From Patescibacteria group bacterium (GTDB taxonomy: Bacteria > Patescibacteriota > Patescibacteriia > PEXW01): DNA of 64,000 bases. This document shows, one piece after another, positions 54,640 to 64,000 of this stretch. The stretch lies in contig JBGSPR010000011.1 in the NCBI GenBank assembly GCA_041738495.1, positions 1,495 to 65,494 on the forward strand, given 5' to 3'. The notes under the pieces were generated by a model. The model saw only the letters and a program-made list of their open reading frames with translations, was not told the DNA's origin and searched no databases. Each line of letters starts with the position of its first letter. Within the stretch, counting starts at the first letter, position 1. Made by a program: the position numbers and the translations under genes.

Positions 54640-55695
54640 TTACGAGCGAGGCAGGTAGGTGCCGATGTAGAGCACAGCGGGTCGGCGCGGGTGGGCAAGG
54701 AGGACGCGCAGCTGTCGTGCGGAAGGAACATTCTGCAGCGTCTGCCAGGTTTCCCCACCATCGAGGGATCGGTAGAATGTAGAATTCGCTGTGAAGAAGA
54801 GCTCCTTCTCGTCGAACGGGTTTATAGCGACGCTCAAAATGGGGACAGTGTTCGGAGGTATGACGGTGGGCACTACTTGCCACGTCGCCCCACCATCCCG
54901 CGTGCGGTAGAGCCCGGCATTCGTGGCAGCGTACATGATGCTGGGCGTCCGCTGCGTGTAGGTGAAGTGGTTGAGCGGTGCAGCACCTACTTTCGCCAGC
55001 GCCTGGCCAATGCTATCGGACCACGTAACCCCACTATCCGTCGAGCGGTACAGCGTGCCCCCAGCAACCAAGAACATGATGCTCGGGTCATTCTGCAGGA
55101 GCTGCAGGTGCTCCAAGTTCACCCCAGGGAATTGGTACAGGATACGCCAAGTCGTGCCTTGGTCATCGCTCACTAGGAGAACGCCGCCGCTCGTGGTTGC
55201 GTAGATGTGCTTGCTATTCGCGGTGTCAAATCGCACGCCGGTGATGGTGTGCCCTGGTTGATTCGTGTACACGACGTTCCACGTTTGGCCTGCATCCACG
55301 CTCACCTGCACGGTGTTCCCAACACCGGCGAACATCAGGTTTGGATCTCTCGCATTGATATCGAAGCCTTGAATGTACCCGCTGCTCAGCGGGGTTTGCG
55401 TCCACGTTTCACCGTTATTCTCGGTTTTCCATAATCCCTGCTCGAGCGTGCTCATGTACACCACTGCTCCATCTGTCGGGTGGAGAGTGAAGAACCCAAC
55501 ATTCGCGTTGTTCAGCGTCACGCGGTTTCCTTCTTCCTCACGCACGAAGACGCGCTGCTCCCACGTTACACCGCGGTCAACCGAAAAGAACATGCCGCCA
55601 TCCCCTGCTGCAGTGCCACCCCCACCAGTGTTAATGGAAATCGCGCAACCGCTGAGCAGAACGATGAGTGGGAGGACGGTGAGAATTTTCTTCAT
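54640..55695 (-). CDS. BNR/Asp-box (YCF48/VPS10-like) beta-propeller lipoprotein
   Basis: Lipobox LSGC; repeated S/T-x-D-x-G-x-TW motifs. Confidence 0.8.
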   Translation of the reverse strand: MKKILTVLPLIVLLSGCAISINTGGGGTAAGDGGMFFSVDRGVTWEQRVFVREEEGNRVTLNNANVGFFTLHPTDGAVVYMSTLEQGLWKTENNGETWTQTPLSSGYIQGFDINARDPNLMFAGVGNTVQVSVDAGQTWNVVYTNQPGHTITGVRFDTANSKHIYATTSGGVLLVSDDQGTTWRILYQFPGVNLEHLQLLQNDPSIMFLVAGGTLYRSTDSGVTWSDSIGQALAKVGAAPLNHFTYTQRTPSIMYAATNAGLYRTRDGGATWQVVPTVIPPNTVPILSVAINPFDEKELFFTANSTFYRSLDGGETWQTLQNVPSARQLRVLLAHPRRPAVLYIGTYLPRS

Positions 55696-56579
55696 ACGCG
55701 TGTGAGCAGAGCGTCGAGAATGAATCGTGGTTGCGCGTTTGTCTGCAAGGCTACGCTCGCATCGTGGACTGCTTGGGCGAGGTGCGCGCGTACCTTCCCT
55801 GTGCGGGCAAATGCAGCAACGAGTGCGGCAACAGTTGATCGCTGTACGTCAGCTGAAGATTTCTCCTGCAATTGCTCCCGAGCTTCCCGCAACCGTTGCG
55901 CGAGCGGGAGCGTTACCCAGCGTTGTGCGAGTTCGTCGTACCGCTCTACTTCCTGGAGCGCTGCGGGGTCTTCCAACGTGCCTGCTGCAGAAACGAGCAT
56001 CCCGGGGTACGCGCGCAGGACGCGTTCCACTTCGCTTTCCCCTTTCCCGAGCGAGCCGAGTGCCTTCCGGGCTACTGCGTGCGGCACGCGCTGGAGTTGA
56101 AACTGCATGGTGCGCGAGCGAATGGTAGCGAGGAGTGCGTGCGGTCGCACAGTTGTGAGAATGAACTGCACGTTGTGGAAGGGTTCTTCAATCGTCTTCA
56201 AGAGTGCGTTCGCAGATGCGCCACGGAGTGCCTCAGCAGATTCGATGACCACGACGCGGCGAGGTCCCGTGAGCTGGAGGGCGCGACGGAGTGCTCGTAC
56301 GTCCTCCACTGCGTAGGCGGTGCCACTCGGCCGTAGGTGCAGCAGGTACTCTTGGGTCTCCAGTCGAACGCTGGTGCAAGCTGGGCACTCCTCGCACGGT
56401 TCGTCGGTGTTGCGCGAGCAGACGCGACTCTGTGCTGTCCAGAGCGCAATTGCACGAACTGCCTGCTGGTCTGCGCCGCTGAGTGTTATTGCGTGTCCGA
56501 AAGCCGAGTCGCGAAGGGTCTCCCGAAGGGCGCGAATGAGTGGCTCGTAACCAGTGCGGGCAAGGGGGTGGAGTGGCAT
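55692..56579 (-). CDS. holB: DNA polymerase III delta-prime subunit
   Basis: HA, Zn motif C..PCEECPAC, ANALLKTIEEP, TIRSR. Start at ATG 56579. Confidence 0.85.
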   Translation of the reverse strand: MPLHPLARTGYEPLIRALRETLRDSAFGHAITLSGADQQAVRAIALWTAQSRVCSRNTDEPCEECPACTSVRLETQEYLLHLRPSGTAYAVEDVRALRRALQLTGPRRVVVIESAEALRGASANALLKTIEEPFHNVQFILTTVRPHALLATIRSRTMQFQLQRVPHAVARKALGSLGKGESEVERVLRAYPGMLVSAAGTLEDPAALQEVERYDELAQRWVTLPLAQRLREAREQLQEKSSADVQRSTVAALVAAFARTGKVRAHLAQAVHDASVALQTNAQPRFILDALLTRV

Positions 56580-56594
56580 GCGGTAACTGGAATG

Positions 56595-56623
56595 AAAGTA
56601 CAAGAAAATGCCATTTTTGGCAA
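56595..56623 (-). promoter_or_regulatory. Promoter of the holB operon
   Basis: TTGCCA, 17 nt, TACTTT. Confidence 0.5.
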
Positions 56624-56640
56624 GTCCGGAACTTCCCTCC

Positions 56641-57849
56641 CTAGAGCGCGTACATGAGCTGCGCGAGGCGTTCTGCGCTGCGCTCCCAGGAGAACATTCG
56701 GGCACGGGCAAGGCCGCGAACGCGCAGCTGCTGCTGGAGCGCTGGATCATCGAGAATGCTCTGCACAGCGTGAGCAATGGCGTCGGGGTTGTGCGGGTCG
56801 GTGAGAATACCAGCATCCCCGACTACTTCTGGAAGTGCGGTGACGTGGCTGCACACGACGGGCGTACCAACTGCCATGGCTTCGAGAACCGGGATGCCGA
56901 AGCCCTCGAAGAACGACGGGAGCACGAAGACTGCGGCACCAGCCATGAGGAATGGGATGTCACGCTCCTCCACCCAGCCAGGCCGAATAACGGATTCGCG
57001 CAGGTCAGCATTCGCGTCGATGTACGACTGTACTTCGGTAGCACCGTACCCGGGTTTCCCAACGAGCAGGAGTTGGAGGGTACGGTACTTTGGTTGCTGG
57101 CGAAGCAGGGCAAACGCACGCACGAGACCAAGGGTATTCTTCTTCCGCTCTACTCGGCCAATGGTCATGAGGTACGGTGAATGAACGCCCACTCGTTCGA
57201 GGGCGTTTCGCATACCACTCGCGTCATCCCGCACCCGCTCGTTGAACGCCTGTGCATTGCACGCGTTTGGAATGACGTGTACGCGGGCCGGTTCGAGTCC
57301 GTACGTCTGGCAGATATCCTGCTTTGAGTACTCGGAAACTGTGAGAATAGACTGGCAGTGGCGGATGGCAAGACGCGCCGAGAACTTATGGTAGTCCAGT
57401 TCGCTCGCTCCGTAGCGACCGAGCGTGCAGAGTCTCACGACCACGTTCAGGACACGTCTACTCACCGGCGTCGGGCCGAGCGCGCTCGCGCCGTAAAGCG
57501 ACCGCTCGTGTTCGAAGCCAATGTCGTGCAACGTCGTGAGCGTTCGGCGAGGAGCCAGGAACGGTATGGTGTGTGCTGGTACGAAGAGGATGTCGACGCG
57601 GTGAATGAGGAGCTCCCAAGATAATCGAAGCTGCGTCCAGAGAAAACCTGGAGGCCATCGGAGTACCCGAACCTGGACGTTCGACGGGAGACTCCCCCAC
57701 TCTGGACGGAGGGGTTCACGAACGTAGAGCCGAACGACATCGGTTGGCCGCAGGTGCGCGAAGAGCGCGCGGGTGAGCGCGAACGCGTACCACTCTGTAC
57801 CAGTGCGCTGCTCGAGGTTCGCTCGAGAAGCATCAATCCCTATGCGCAT
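56641..57849 (-). CDS. Glycosyltransferase family 4
   Basis: MRIGID, HD, KKN, PSFFEGFGIPVLEAM, FSWE. Confidence 0.92.
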   Translation of the reverse strand: MRIGIDASRANLEQRTGTEWYAFALTRALFAHLRPTDVVRLYVREPLRPEWGSLPSNVQVRVLRWPPGFLWTQLRLSWELLIHRVDILFVPAHTIPFLAPRRTLTTLHDIGFEHERSLYGASALGPTPVSRRVLNVVVRLCTLGRYGASELDYHKFSARLAIRHCQSILTVSEYSKQDICQTYGLEPARVHVIPNACNAQAFNERVRDDASGMRNALERVGVHSPYLMTIGRVERKKNTLGLVRAFALLRQQPKYRTLQLLLVGKPGYGATEVQSYIDANADLRESVIRPGWVEERDIPFLMAGAAVFVLPSFFEGFGIPVLEAMAVGTPVVCSHVTALPEVVGDAGILTDPHNPDAIAHAVQSILDDPALQQQLRVRGLARARMFSWERSAERLAQLMYAL

Positions 57850-57855
57850 ACAGGG

Positions 57856-58869
57856 TCATCGGGTGGCGAGAACGCTTCGCTTGTACGACTCGAGGTTATC
57901 GAGAGCGACACCGGTCCCCTTCGCAACGCAGAGTAGGGCATCGTCTGCAACGTAGGCGGGCACTCCCGTTGTCTGCGTGAAGAGCTTGTCCATGTTTCGG
58001 AGTAAGCTGGAACCGCCAGAGAGCACCATGCCCTTGTCTATGACATCTGCGGAGAGTTCGGGAGGGGTGTTCTGGAGTACGGACTTCACCGCCTGGACAA
58101 TGCCCATGAGTTCATTCTGCACGGCGGTCGTAACATCGTCTGACGTCACCCGGAGCGTCGTGGGTAGTCCGCTCACCATGTCACGACCACGGATATCCAT
58201 GGTGAGCTTCTCATCGAGGGTGAGGGCAGAGCCAATCTGGATCTTCAATTCCTCGGCAGTCCGCTCACCAATGGCCACGCCGTGCTTCTTGCGCATGTAC
58301 TCCTGAATAGCCGCATCGAACTTATTCCCGCCAATGCGCACGGAGGTGTTCGCGACAATACCACCCAGCGAGATGACGGCGACTTCGGACGTTCCACCGC
58401 CCATGTCGATGATCATGTGCCCCGATGCTGAACCAATGGGAATGTTCGCACCAATTGCTGCAGCGATGGGTTCCTTGATGATGTACGCCGCTTTCGCTCC
58501 CGCTTGAATGGTGGCATCGATGACCGCTCGTCGCTCGGTTGAGGTAATGCCAGCGGGAACAGCAATCATAACCTCGGGTCGGAAGAACCGCACGCCACCG
58601 AGTGCTTTGTTGATGAAATACCGGAGCATGGCTTCAGTAGTTTTGTAATCGGCAATGACGCCCTCCTTGAGGGGTCGGGAGGCAATGATCGTATCTGGGG
58701 TGCGACCGAGCATTTCCTTTGCCTCAACGCCAACCGCAAGAATTCGCCGATCACCCACGGACACGGCAACTACGGACGGCTCGTTGAGCACAATCCCACG
58801 CCCAGGCATGTGCACGAGCGTGTTCGTGGTGCCTAAGTCAATGCCGAGTTTTTTCCCAAAGAGTGCCAT
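57856..58869 (-). CDS. mreB: Second MreB/Mbl paralogue
   Basis: GIDLGT, NEPSVVA, DMGGGT, TPPEL, SGGSSLL. Confidence 0.93.
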   Translation of the reverse strand: MALFGKKLGIDLGTTNTLVHMPGRGIVLNEPSVVAVSVGDRRILAVGVEAKEMLGRTPDTIIASRPLKEGVIADYKTTEAMLRYFINKALGGVRFFRPEVMIAVPAGITSTERRAVIDATIQAGAKAAYIIKEPIAAAIGANIPIGSASGHMIIDMGGGTSEVAVISLGGIVANTSVRIGGNKFDAAIQEYMRKKHGVAIGERTAEELKIQIGSALTLDEKLTMDIRGRDMVSGLPTTLRVTSDDVTTAVQNELMGIVQAVKSVLQNTPPELSADVIDKGMVLSGGSSLLRNMDKLFTQTTGVPAYVADDALLCVAKGTGVALDNLESYKRSVLATR

Positions 58870-58870
58870 G

Positions 58871-60820
58871 CTAGTCCAGGGTTAGGTCGTACTCCCGATC
58901 AACGAGGAGCGTCGTTGCGTCCTGCAGGCGAGTGCCCGTGGCAGCAGCGGTTTCGGGTAAGACCAGAGTATCCTGTATTTCCCTGTCCAGGTCAACGTCG
59001 ACGTTCAGGGTGTGGGCAATAGTTCCTGGCTGCTTCTGAACCAGGAGCTTGTACTTCCCCTGGTCGAGGAGTGCGAGTGGACTCCCATTTAGTCGGTACG
59101 TGAGGCTGAGCTCCTTCGTTGCGCCAACTTCTGTGCAGGTAAACGCCGCGAAAACGGTGTGCCCGAGTTCCTCGGAGGTTTGCACCGTTCCCTCTTTCTT
59201 CACGTTGCACTCGGTCATTGCACCGCTCGACGCGACGAGCGTGCTGCCGCGCGGGACGTACACGCGCGTGTAGGTTCGGTAGCGCGTTGTCTTCCAGGTG
59301 AGCTCACCAGTATGCTCGTACCGAATGTTCAGCGTCGCGAGTACGTCATCGCCTTCCCGTCGCACGCGGTAGTTGAGCGTGCGCTTCACTGCCGGATCAC
59401 TCTTCAAGCTAGCGAGGTTCGCGTCAACGACCATGAGGCTGTCCCCTTGGGGGAGGACCACGTTCCCCGCCCACCCAAGTGAGCGCGCAATTTCCTGTCG
59501 CTCCGCGTTCGCCACCCAAATGAGCAAGTGCTTCTCCTGCAAGCTCTCTTGGAAGATCGTCCAGGCTTTTCCGTACTTCTCCTTCGGGAGGTTGAGCATG
59601 CGGGCGATGAGCTCTTGTCCGAGCGTGCCGATGATATTCTTCCGCTGTGACGTGTCGATGTTAATTTTCCCCTCGTACGCGTACCCAGTAATGTACTGGA
59701 GCTCTTCAACGAGGTTGTCTGTTCGAAATTCGGTCTTCCCCACGGTGATAGGGCCCGTGAGGGTGAGCAGGCGTTCGAAGAAGGTAGGATCCACAGCAAT
59801 GACGCCATCGAGCTTCCGTTCTGGACCACCCTCGCGCCGGTAGAAGCTGAGCGCTTCTTGCGCGGCAGTTGGAAAATCGGGTGACCAGTTAGAATCACGG
59901 AACAGCCAGCGATTCACCCGCATGTACGTGGTGAGGGGGGTTGGGGGTTTCACGTTCAGGTACTTCGCCTGGTCATCCAAGTTGTAGACGTTGTCCGTGG
60001 TGAACGAGAGAATTTCCCCGTCACGCGCCTTGAGAATGCCGTACGTGCCAATGAACCCGCCGGTTGGCCGAAGCTCGGTATTGTTCTGCAGGAGGAAGAG
60101 GTAGTTCTGCTGGTCGGGGTAGCCGAGGATGGGAGGGACGATGCGACTCGCTGGAATTGCTTGCTCAATGCCGTCGCGCAGCGCGGGGAGTTTCTCGCGG
60201 AACGGTTCTACTGCTTCCGCAACCGGGCCGAGCAAGCCGCTCGTCGGCATGGCCTCCACGTGGGTGAGTGCGAGGTCGAGCGATGACTTCGCTGCCTGCA
60301 GGTCAGGTTGCGCTTGGTAAATGGCTTCGAGAATCGCGCGCTTCTGCTCTGGTTTGAGCGTGCTCAAACTAAAGGACTTTCCGGTTTTGAATGGCTTCAC
60401 CACTGTTTCCGCCCAAGTGCTCAACCGTTCCACACCCGACGTCATTGCCAGACTCGCAGCAATGAGCTGGTCTATGGCGCGCACGTTCGGTCCGGCAATG
60501 GGTACGCGCCGAAGTGCGAGCAAGCGCCCCATTTTCTCCTGGGCTACCAGCAAGTGTGCGCGTCCAGAGGTGAGCGCAGCTTGACCTTCGGTAAACTCCT
60601 GACTCACGATCATGGTCTGCGCCACTTCCAAGTCTGCTTTTGCGGCGAGCGCCTCCTTGTACACCGTTCTCGCAGCCGGGCCGAACCACGCCGCAGCCAA
60701 ACCCACAATGACGACGAGGCCAGTGAGAATCGGCCAGGCCACGCGCCATGCTCTGCGGAGGTGCTGGCGCGTTCGCGCCCACGATGGATTACGGAAACGG
60801 TCGAGGAGGTTGCGGAACAT
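58871..60820 (-). CDS. DUF4012 domain membrane-anchored protein
   Basis: LLQNNTELRPTGGFIG, RDSNWSPDFP, DGVIA, Y.RVYVP.G, QKQPG. Confidence 0.85.
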   Translation of the reverse strand: MFRNLLDRFRNPSWARTRQHLRRAWRVAWPILTGLVVIVGLAAAWFGPAARTVYKEALAAKADLEVAQTMIVSQEFTEGQAALTSGRAHLLVAQEKMGRLLALRRVPIAGPNVRAIDQLIAASLAMTSGVERLSTWAETVVKPFKTGKSFSLSTLKPEQKRAILEAIYQAQPDLQAAKSSLDLALTHVEAMPTSGLLGPVAEAVEPFREKLPALRDGIEQAIPASRIVPPILGYPDQQNYLFLLQNNTELRPTGGFIGTYGILKARDGEILSFTTDNVYNLDDQAKYLNVKPPTPLTTYMRVNRWLFRDSNWSPDFPTAAQEALSFYRREGGPERKLDGVIAVDPTFFERLLTLTGPITVGKTEFRTDNLVEELQYITGYAYEGKINIDTSQRKNIIGTLGQELIARMLNLPKEKYGKAWTIFQESLQEKHLLIWVANAERQEIARSLGWAGNVVLPQGDSLMVVDANLASLKSDPAVKRTLNYRVRREGDDVLATLNIRYEHTGELTWKTTRYRTYTRVYVPRGSTLVASSGAMTECNVKKEGTVQTSEELGHTVFAAFTCTEVGATKELSLTYRLNGSPLALLDQGKYKLLVQKQPGTIAHTLNVDVDLDREIQDTLVLPETAAATGTRLQDATTLLVDREYDLTLD

Positions 60821-60829
60821 AGGGTGGTG

Positions 60830-61660
60830 CTAGAGAGAGGAACGGCTGGGCGGGAGGGGGCGTGGCACGCCCCAGTACTTAGCCACGTAGCGCGCCCAGG
60901 ATTGAATGTGAATTTGCGTGGGGAAGGCAAAGAGCCCACGGAGCCCCGGGTGGGCTGCTGACTCACGCTTGTGGTAGTGCACGCACTCAACATCTGCAAC
61001 GTACCACACTTCCCAGGATTTCTCCCAGAAGCGCCTGCACCAATCGACGTCTTCGAAGTAGAGGAAGAAACGCTCGTCCATGTGGCCCACCTGTTCGACT
61101 GCAGTTCTCCGGGCAATGAGGAACGCGCCGAGCAGCCAGTCTACCGGACGATTCTCCTCGTGGTTGAAATCCGCCATGACGTACCGACGGAGGTGTGATC
61201 GAATTCCGGGAATTTTACCGAGCGGCGTTCGCCGGTAGAGTGGGGTGAGCACGTGCGGGAACTGGTAGCAGGAATCTTGCACGGAACCGTCTGGATTCAA
61301 AAGCTTCGGCCCGGCCAGGCCGACGCGCGGGTGCTGGTCCATGAATGCGACGAGACGGTCGAAAGGTTTCTCCATAATGGCAATGTCTGGGTTCAGGAGC
61401 ACGACGTAGGTGCCGCGTGCTCGGCGCAAGCCCAAGTTCATGCCGCTTGCAAATCCCCTATTCTCTGGCGCCGCGATGACGGTGACGGTAGGAAAATCTT
61501 GCTCCAGCATTTCCACGCTCCCATCCCCAGAGTTGTTATCGACGACGATAATTTCCTTTGCAACAGAATCGCCAGACGCATCAATACCCCGCAGGCACTG
61601 CCGGAGCAGTCCGCGCGATTTGTAGTTCAGGATGATGACCGAAATGTCGATTTCTGCCAT
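60830..61660 (-). CDS. GT2 glycosyltransferase (WbbL/rhamnosyltransferase-like)
   Basis: VVDNNSGDGS, NRGFA, LLNPD, DERFFLYFEDVDWC. Start at ATG 61660. Confidence 0.9.
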   Translation of the reverse strand: MAEIDISVIILNYKSRGLLRQCLRGIDASGDSVAKEIIVVDNNSGDGSVEMLEQDFPTVTVIAAPENRGFASGMNLGLRRARGTYVVLLNPDIAIMEKPFDRLVAFMDQHPRVGLAGPKLLNPDGSVQDSCYQFPHVLTPLYRRTPLGKIPGIRSHLRRYVMADFNHEENRPVDWLLGAFLIARRTAVEQVGHMDERFFLYFEDVDWCRRFWEKSWEVWYVADVECVHYHKRESAAHPGLRGLFAFPTQIHIQSWARYVAKYWGVPRPLPPSRSSL

Positions 61661-61664
61661 GGCG

Positions 61665-62588
61665 TTACGCAAACGAAGATCGAAGCGCAGCCGATGAATT
61701 TTTCCGCTGCGTGGAACGTGCAAACGTTCTTGCAGCGTGCCACATTTTTCGCGCATCAGCAAGGGCACGGAACGTCGTTCGAGGATCGGTGCACGTAAGG
61801 AAGCCGAAGCGGAGGAGCTCTGCGAGTGCAATGAACGGCAAGTGGGGCACGAGCGTGCCAGAGGATTCGACCAGGCCATACAGGAGGAGGTGGTTGCGGT
61901 AGCTCAAGTACCGTCGATCACGAGCACGCTGATTCCGCGGGGTTCCTGCGCGGACTGCGCGTTGGTGCGTAGCCACCGCATCAGGCACGCAGTACGCACG
62001 CCATCCTGCCCAGCGAAGACGCCAGGCGAGCTCGACGTCTTCTTTGTACGCGAAGAGGAGGTTGCAGAAGAACTCGCCGTTCACGGCGACGTCGCGCAGC
62101 GCAGATCGACGGTAGAGTGCGAGAGCGCCGGAAACACCGAACACTTCAGTTGGAGAAGGTGGGAGGTCGGTGCGATCTGCAACGACGCGCCAAGGGGTGA
62201 CGCGCAGACCCGTTGTATCAGTGGAGCCATTCGGCTGACGGACGTGCCCGACGAACGCGGCGCCCGCTGGGTGCGCATCGGCAAAAGCGACCAGAATCTT
62301 GAGGTAGTCTGGCGTGAGCACGACATCGGGATTCATAACTAAAATGTAGTCAGCACTCCCCTGCCGAATACTGTGGTTATGCGCGCCTGCAAATCCCTGA
62401 TTTTCGTGCAGGCGGAGCACATCGGTACCCGCGAACGCTGCTGCGATTTCAGCTGAGCCGTCTGTGGAGCCATTGTCCACGACAGTAACCGACTGCGGAT
62501 GCAACGTCTGGGAAGCAAGACTCTGCAGCGCGCTCCTCACGTGCGCAGCGCTATTCCAGCTCACGAGGGAAACGTCAACGGTGCTCAT
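61665..62588 (-). CDS. GT2 glycosyltransferase
   Basis: VDNGSTDGS, NQGFA, MNPD, FAYKEDVEL. Confidence 0.9.
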   Translation of the reverse strand: MSTVDVSLVSWNSAAHVRSALQSLASQTLHPQSVTVVDNGSTDGSAEIAAAFAGTDVLRLHENQGFAGAHNHSIRQGSADYILVMNPDVVLTPDYLKILVAFADAHPAGAAFVGHVRQPNGSTDTTGLRVTPWRVVADRTDLPPSPTEVFGVSGALALYRRSALRDVAVNGEFFCNLLFAYKEDVELAWRLRWAGWRAYCVPDAVATHQRAVRAGTPRNQRARDRRYLSYRNHLLLYGLVESSGTLVPHLPFIALAELLRFGFLTCTDPRTTFRALADARKMWHAARTFARSTQRKNSSAALRSSFA

Positions 62589-64000
62589 GTCGAGGGTCTG
62601 CGAGAGCGAATGCAGTTGTCACGAGCATGAGCATGCCAAGTCCGAGGGGGTGGTTGAGGTACGGTGTGGTGAGGTGTAAAACGAAAAGCGCGAGCGCGCT
62701 CGCCCACAAGCCAGCAACGAGCGGACGTTCGGTCGTGCGGAGTCGCAGGATAGTTACGCCCTGCCACAGTACCCAGGCGAACGCTGCGAGCAGAGCGAGT
62801 GCCAGCGGCACGCCGCCGTGCACGGCAAACCCGTGGTAGCCGAGCTCGAAGGCCTGCGCCGTGTACGGCGTACCGCGCGGGTCACGCGTGACATTCACCC
62901 GCGGGTCGAGGGAGCGGTAGGTAATGCTCGTCCCAAAGCCGCTGCCGGTGAGCGCGTGCTGGAGAATAGCGGTATGCATGGCGGGCAAGAGCTCACGCCG
63001 GCTCGATGCTGCAGACTCGGTACTCACCTCGGTTCGATTGCGCACCAACGATCCGCCGCTCCCGGCGCCACCCCAGAGCGCGGGGAAGTTGAGCGTCCAC
63101 AGGAATCCTACGTACGCAATGAGCAGCGCGGCACTGGCGGACAGGGCAACGGGAGCAAAGCAGCTGCGGAGTGAGCGCCGGCCGAGTAACCCGAGTACAC
63201 CCACGACTGCGGCGAATCCTGCACCAAGCCAGAAACTTCGGGATAAGCTCACGACGACCACGTACGCTCCTGCACCAGCAACACCCGTCCACAGCCAGCG
63301 ACGTTGCACGTTAGCGAGTGCGAGACCAATGCCTGCGAAGAACGCGTAAATCCCCCACACGTGACTCTGGAAGAAGACGCGGTAGAGGTGGCCGGTGATG
63401 TACGTCACCTCACCAACGCCGGTATCGCGCACCCATTTGTACAGGGACACGAGCTCTGTGGATGGCAGGTGCGTGAAGAGTCCTTGAACCAGCGCAGTTT
63501 TGAGCGCCAGGACGAACACTGCTGCTGCGCTCACCCACAGTACGCTCCGGAGCGCGTGCCGCGTGCGTACGAGGCCGAACGCCGGAACGAGACCAAGGAA
63601 GAGGTAGGCATTTGCATCGTTGAACACCGCACCAAGTCCGTGACCGCGCAGCACGCCTACGACAGCGGCCCACACAGCGAAACCGAGCAGGAGCAGCCAT
63701 ACCCAGCGGAAGCGCCACTGCGAGCCCCAGAAGTTTTTTCCGCGGATGAGGTGAGGAAGAGAACCCGCAACGACTGCGAGGAATATGCCCAGCCGAAAGG
63801 AAATATCAGAGCTCCCCTCCGGCAAACTGAAGAGGTATCCCTTGCCGCCGAGGATGAGCTCGGCAACGACGATTGCCACACCCGCAGGAGGTGAGACGAG
63901 CGTGACGGCGAATGCTAGGAAGACCAGCGCGAGCCAGAAGAGCACCCCGAGGGTTGGCCACTGCCACCCAAGGAAGGATGCTCCCTCGACGAGCGCGAGC
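62575..64000 (-). CDS. O-antigen ligase/polymerase (WaaL/Wzy-like) membrane protein, 5' end beyond the window
   Basis: Many TM helices, SLSRSFWLG, GSGFG periplasmic loop. Frame stays open from 63945 to the window end (LALVEGASFLGWQWPTLG). Confidence 0.7.
   Translation of the reverse strand, partial: LALVEGASFLGWQWPTLGVLFWLALVFLAFAVTLVSPPAGVAIVVAELILGGKGYLFSLPEGSSDISFRLGIFLAVVAGSLPHLIRGKNFWGSQWRFRWVWLLLLGFAVWAAVVGVLRGHGLGAVFNDANAYLFLGLVPAFGLVRTRHALRSVLWVSAAAVFVLALKTALVQGLFTHLPSTELVSLYKWVRDTGVGEVTYITGHLYRVFFQSHVWGIYAFFAGIGLALANVQRRWLWTGVAGAGAYVVVVSLSRSFWLGAGFAAVVGVLGLLGRRSLRSCFAPVALSASAALLIAYVGFLWTLNFPALWGGAGSGGSLVRNRTEVSTESAASSRRELLPAMHTAILQHALTGSGFGTSITYRSLDPRVNVTRDPRGTPYTAQAFELGYHGFAVHGGVPLALALLAAFAWVLWQGVTILRLRTTERPLVAGLWASALALFVLHLTTPYLNHPLGLGMLMLVTTAFALADPRHEHR

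Noticed and set aside
1-64000. CRISPR arrays, tRNA/rRNA genes, IS elements, stop-codon reassignment
   Set aside because: No spaced repeats, cloverleafs or transposases were seen, and intergenic gaps are at most about 110 bp. TGA, TAG and TAA all end conserved genes at expected positions, which supports code 11.

Overview
Gene-dense, roughly 60% GC bacterial chromosome segment in standard genetic code 11, with 56 supportable protein-coding genes (first and last truncated) plus one tentative 8-codon leader ORF. Gene content and signatures point to a Patescibacteria/CPR genome, probably Parcubacteria/ABY1-like (inference): two MreB paralogues, short ProRS, sigma4/HTH protein, VirD4/HerA-like ATPase pair, DUF4012, Asn/Thr-rich surface proteins and no central metabolism genes. 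Content: type IV pilus genes (pilM, pilC, pilB); a reduced dcw cluster (mraY, pgeF-murD fusion, ftsW, murG, murC, murB); hpf-secA; an FG-GAP L,D-transpeptidase; secD with a parvulin insert and secF; several glycosylation loci; translation genes (mnmA, fmt, def, gltX, serS, lysS, proS, greA, frr); the mreBCD-mrdA elongasome; and a polysaccharide cluster. I found no rRNA, tRNA, CRISPR array or mobile element. Top observations: (1) an in-frame PgeF-MurD fusion joining a peptidoglycan-precursor editing enzyme to the next ligase; (2) a symmetric dif-like Xer site at 41082-41109, exactly where gene orientation flips (likely replication terminus); (3) a membrane protein with two BCCP-like domains that lack the biotin lysine and has strong expression signals; (4) a GT2 plus flippase-DUF2079 fusion resembling a two-gene transmembrane glycosylation system; (5) widespread leaderless promoter architecture and unusually frequent TAG stops. 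All family calls come from motifs recognised by eye; no database search was run.
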